The notes under the pieces were generated by a model. The model was not told the DNA's origin, ran no database searches, and saw only the letters and a program-made list of their open reading frames with translations. Below are positions 61,739 through 61,854 of a stretch of 61,854 nt of DNA, piece by piece. Positions within the stretch are counted from its first letter, which is position 1, and each line of letters starts with the position of its first letter. Source of the stretch: an uncultured virus (IMG/VR IMGVR_UViG_2576861459_000003) (taxonomy: Duplodnaviria > Heunggongvirae > Uroviricota > Caudoviricetes); the IMG/VR virus record IMGVR_UViG_2576861459_000003, positions 62,001-123,854 of that record, one strand, 5' to 3'. A program made the position numbers and the translations under genes.

Positions 61739-61854
61739 AAACTAAACTATTTATCTGTGCAGTTCTATTATTCGGCGTTGCCGGAACAGTGGGTGCTTCC
61801 TATCTCCAACAACAAAATGATACGTTCAAGGTTGCTGAAAGAGCCGAAACGTAA
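61735..61854 (+). CDS. phr: Phr signalling pro-peptide MKTKLFICAVLLFGVAGTVGASYLQQQNDTFKVAERAET (mature probably ERAET)
   Basis: ATGA overlap with rap, signal peptide, C-terminal VA-xRxxT pentapeptide pattern. Confidence 0.88.
   Translation: MKTKLFICAVLLFGVAGTVGASYLQQQNDTFKVAERAET

Overview
This window is about 62 kb of an SPbeta-like temperate phage or prophage of the Bacillus subtilis group. No attachment site or host gene is visible. From left to right it contains: (i) a minus-strand early/accessory region (1-12.5 kb) with an XRE regulator, acyltransferase moron, RNase H-like protein, Rha/ANT antirepressor, DUF4942-type adenine methyltransferase, LPD29-type protein, yonV-like helicase and the yonT/yoyJ/SR6 type I toxin-antitoxin locus; (ii) a strand-asymmetric non-coding gap followed by a tubulin/FtsZ-family gene coupled to a winged-helix gene (TubZ/TubR-like); (iii) a plus-strand module of a CoiA-like nuclease, a divergent YonO/RdRP-like RNA polymerase with an unusual DFDYD active site, a Zn-finger protein and HU; (iv) a ~2 kb almost ORF-free, hairpin-dense region that begins with a tRNA-like element carrying an expanded internal domain, my best candidate for an undescribed RNA system; (v) the late operon (yonK-yomE: terminase, portal, capsid, tail, CwlP tape measure, Tal with an extra glycoside-hydrolase barrel, tailspike), the lysis genes, a collagen-like pair and a Rap-Phr cassette. 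Three repeated DNA motifs organise the intergenic space. Gene symbols come from recalled similarity and synteny with SPbeta, not from a database search.
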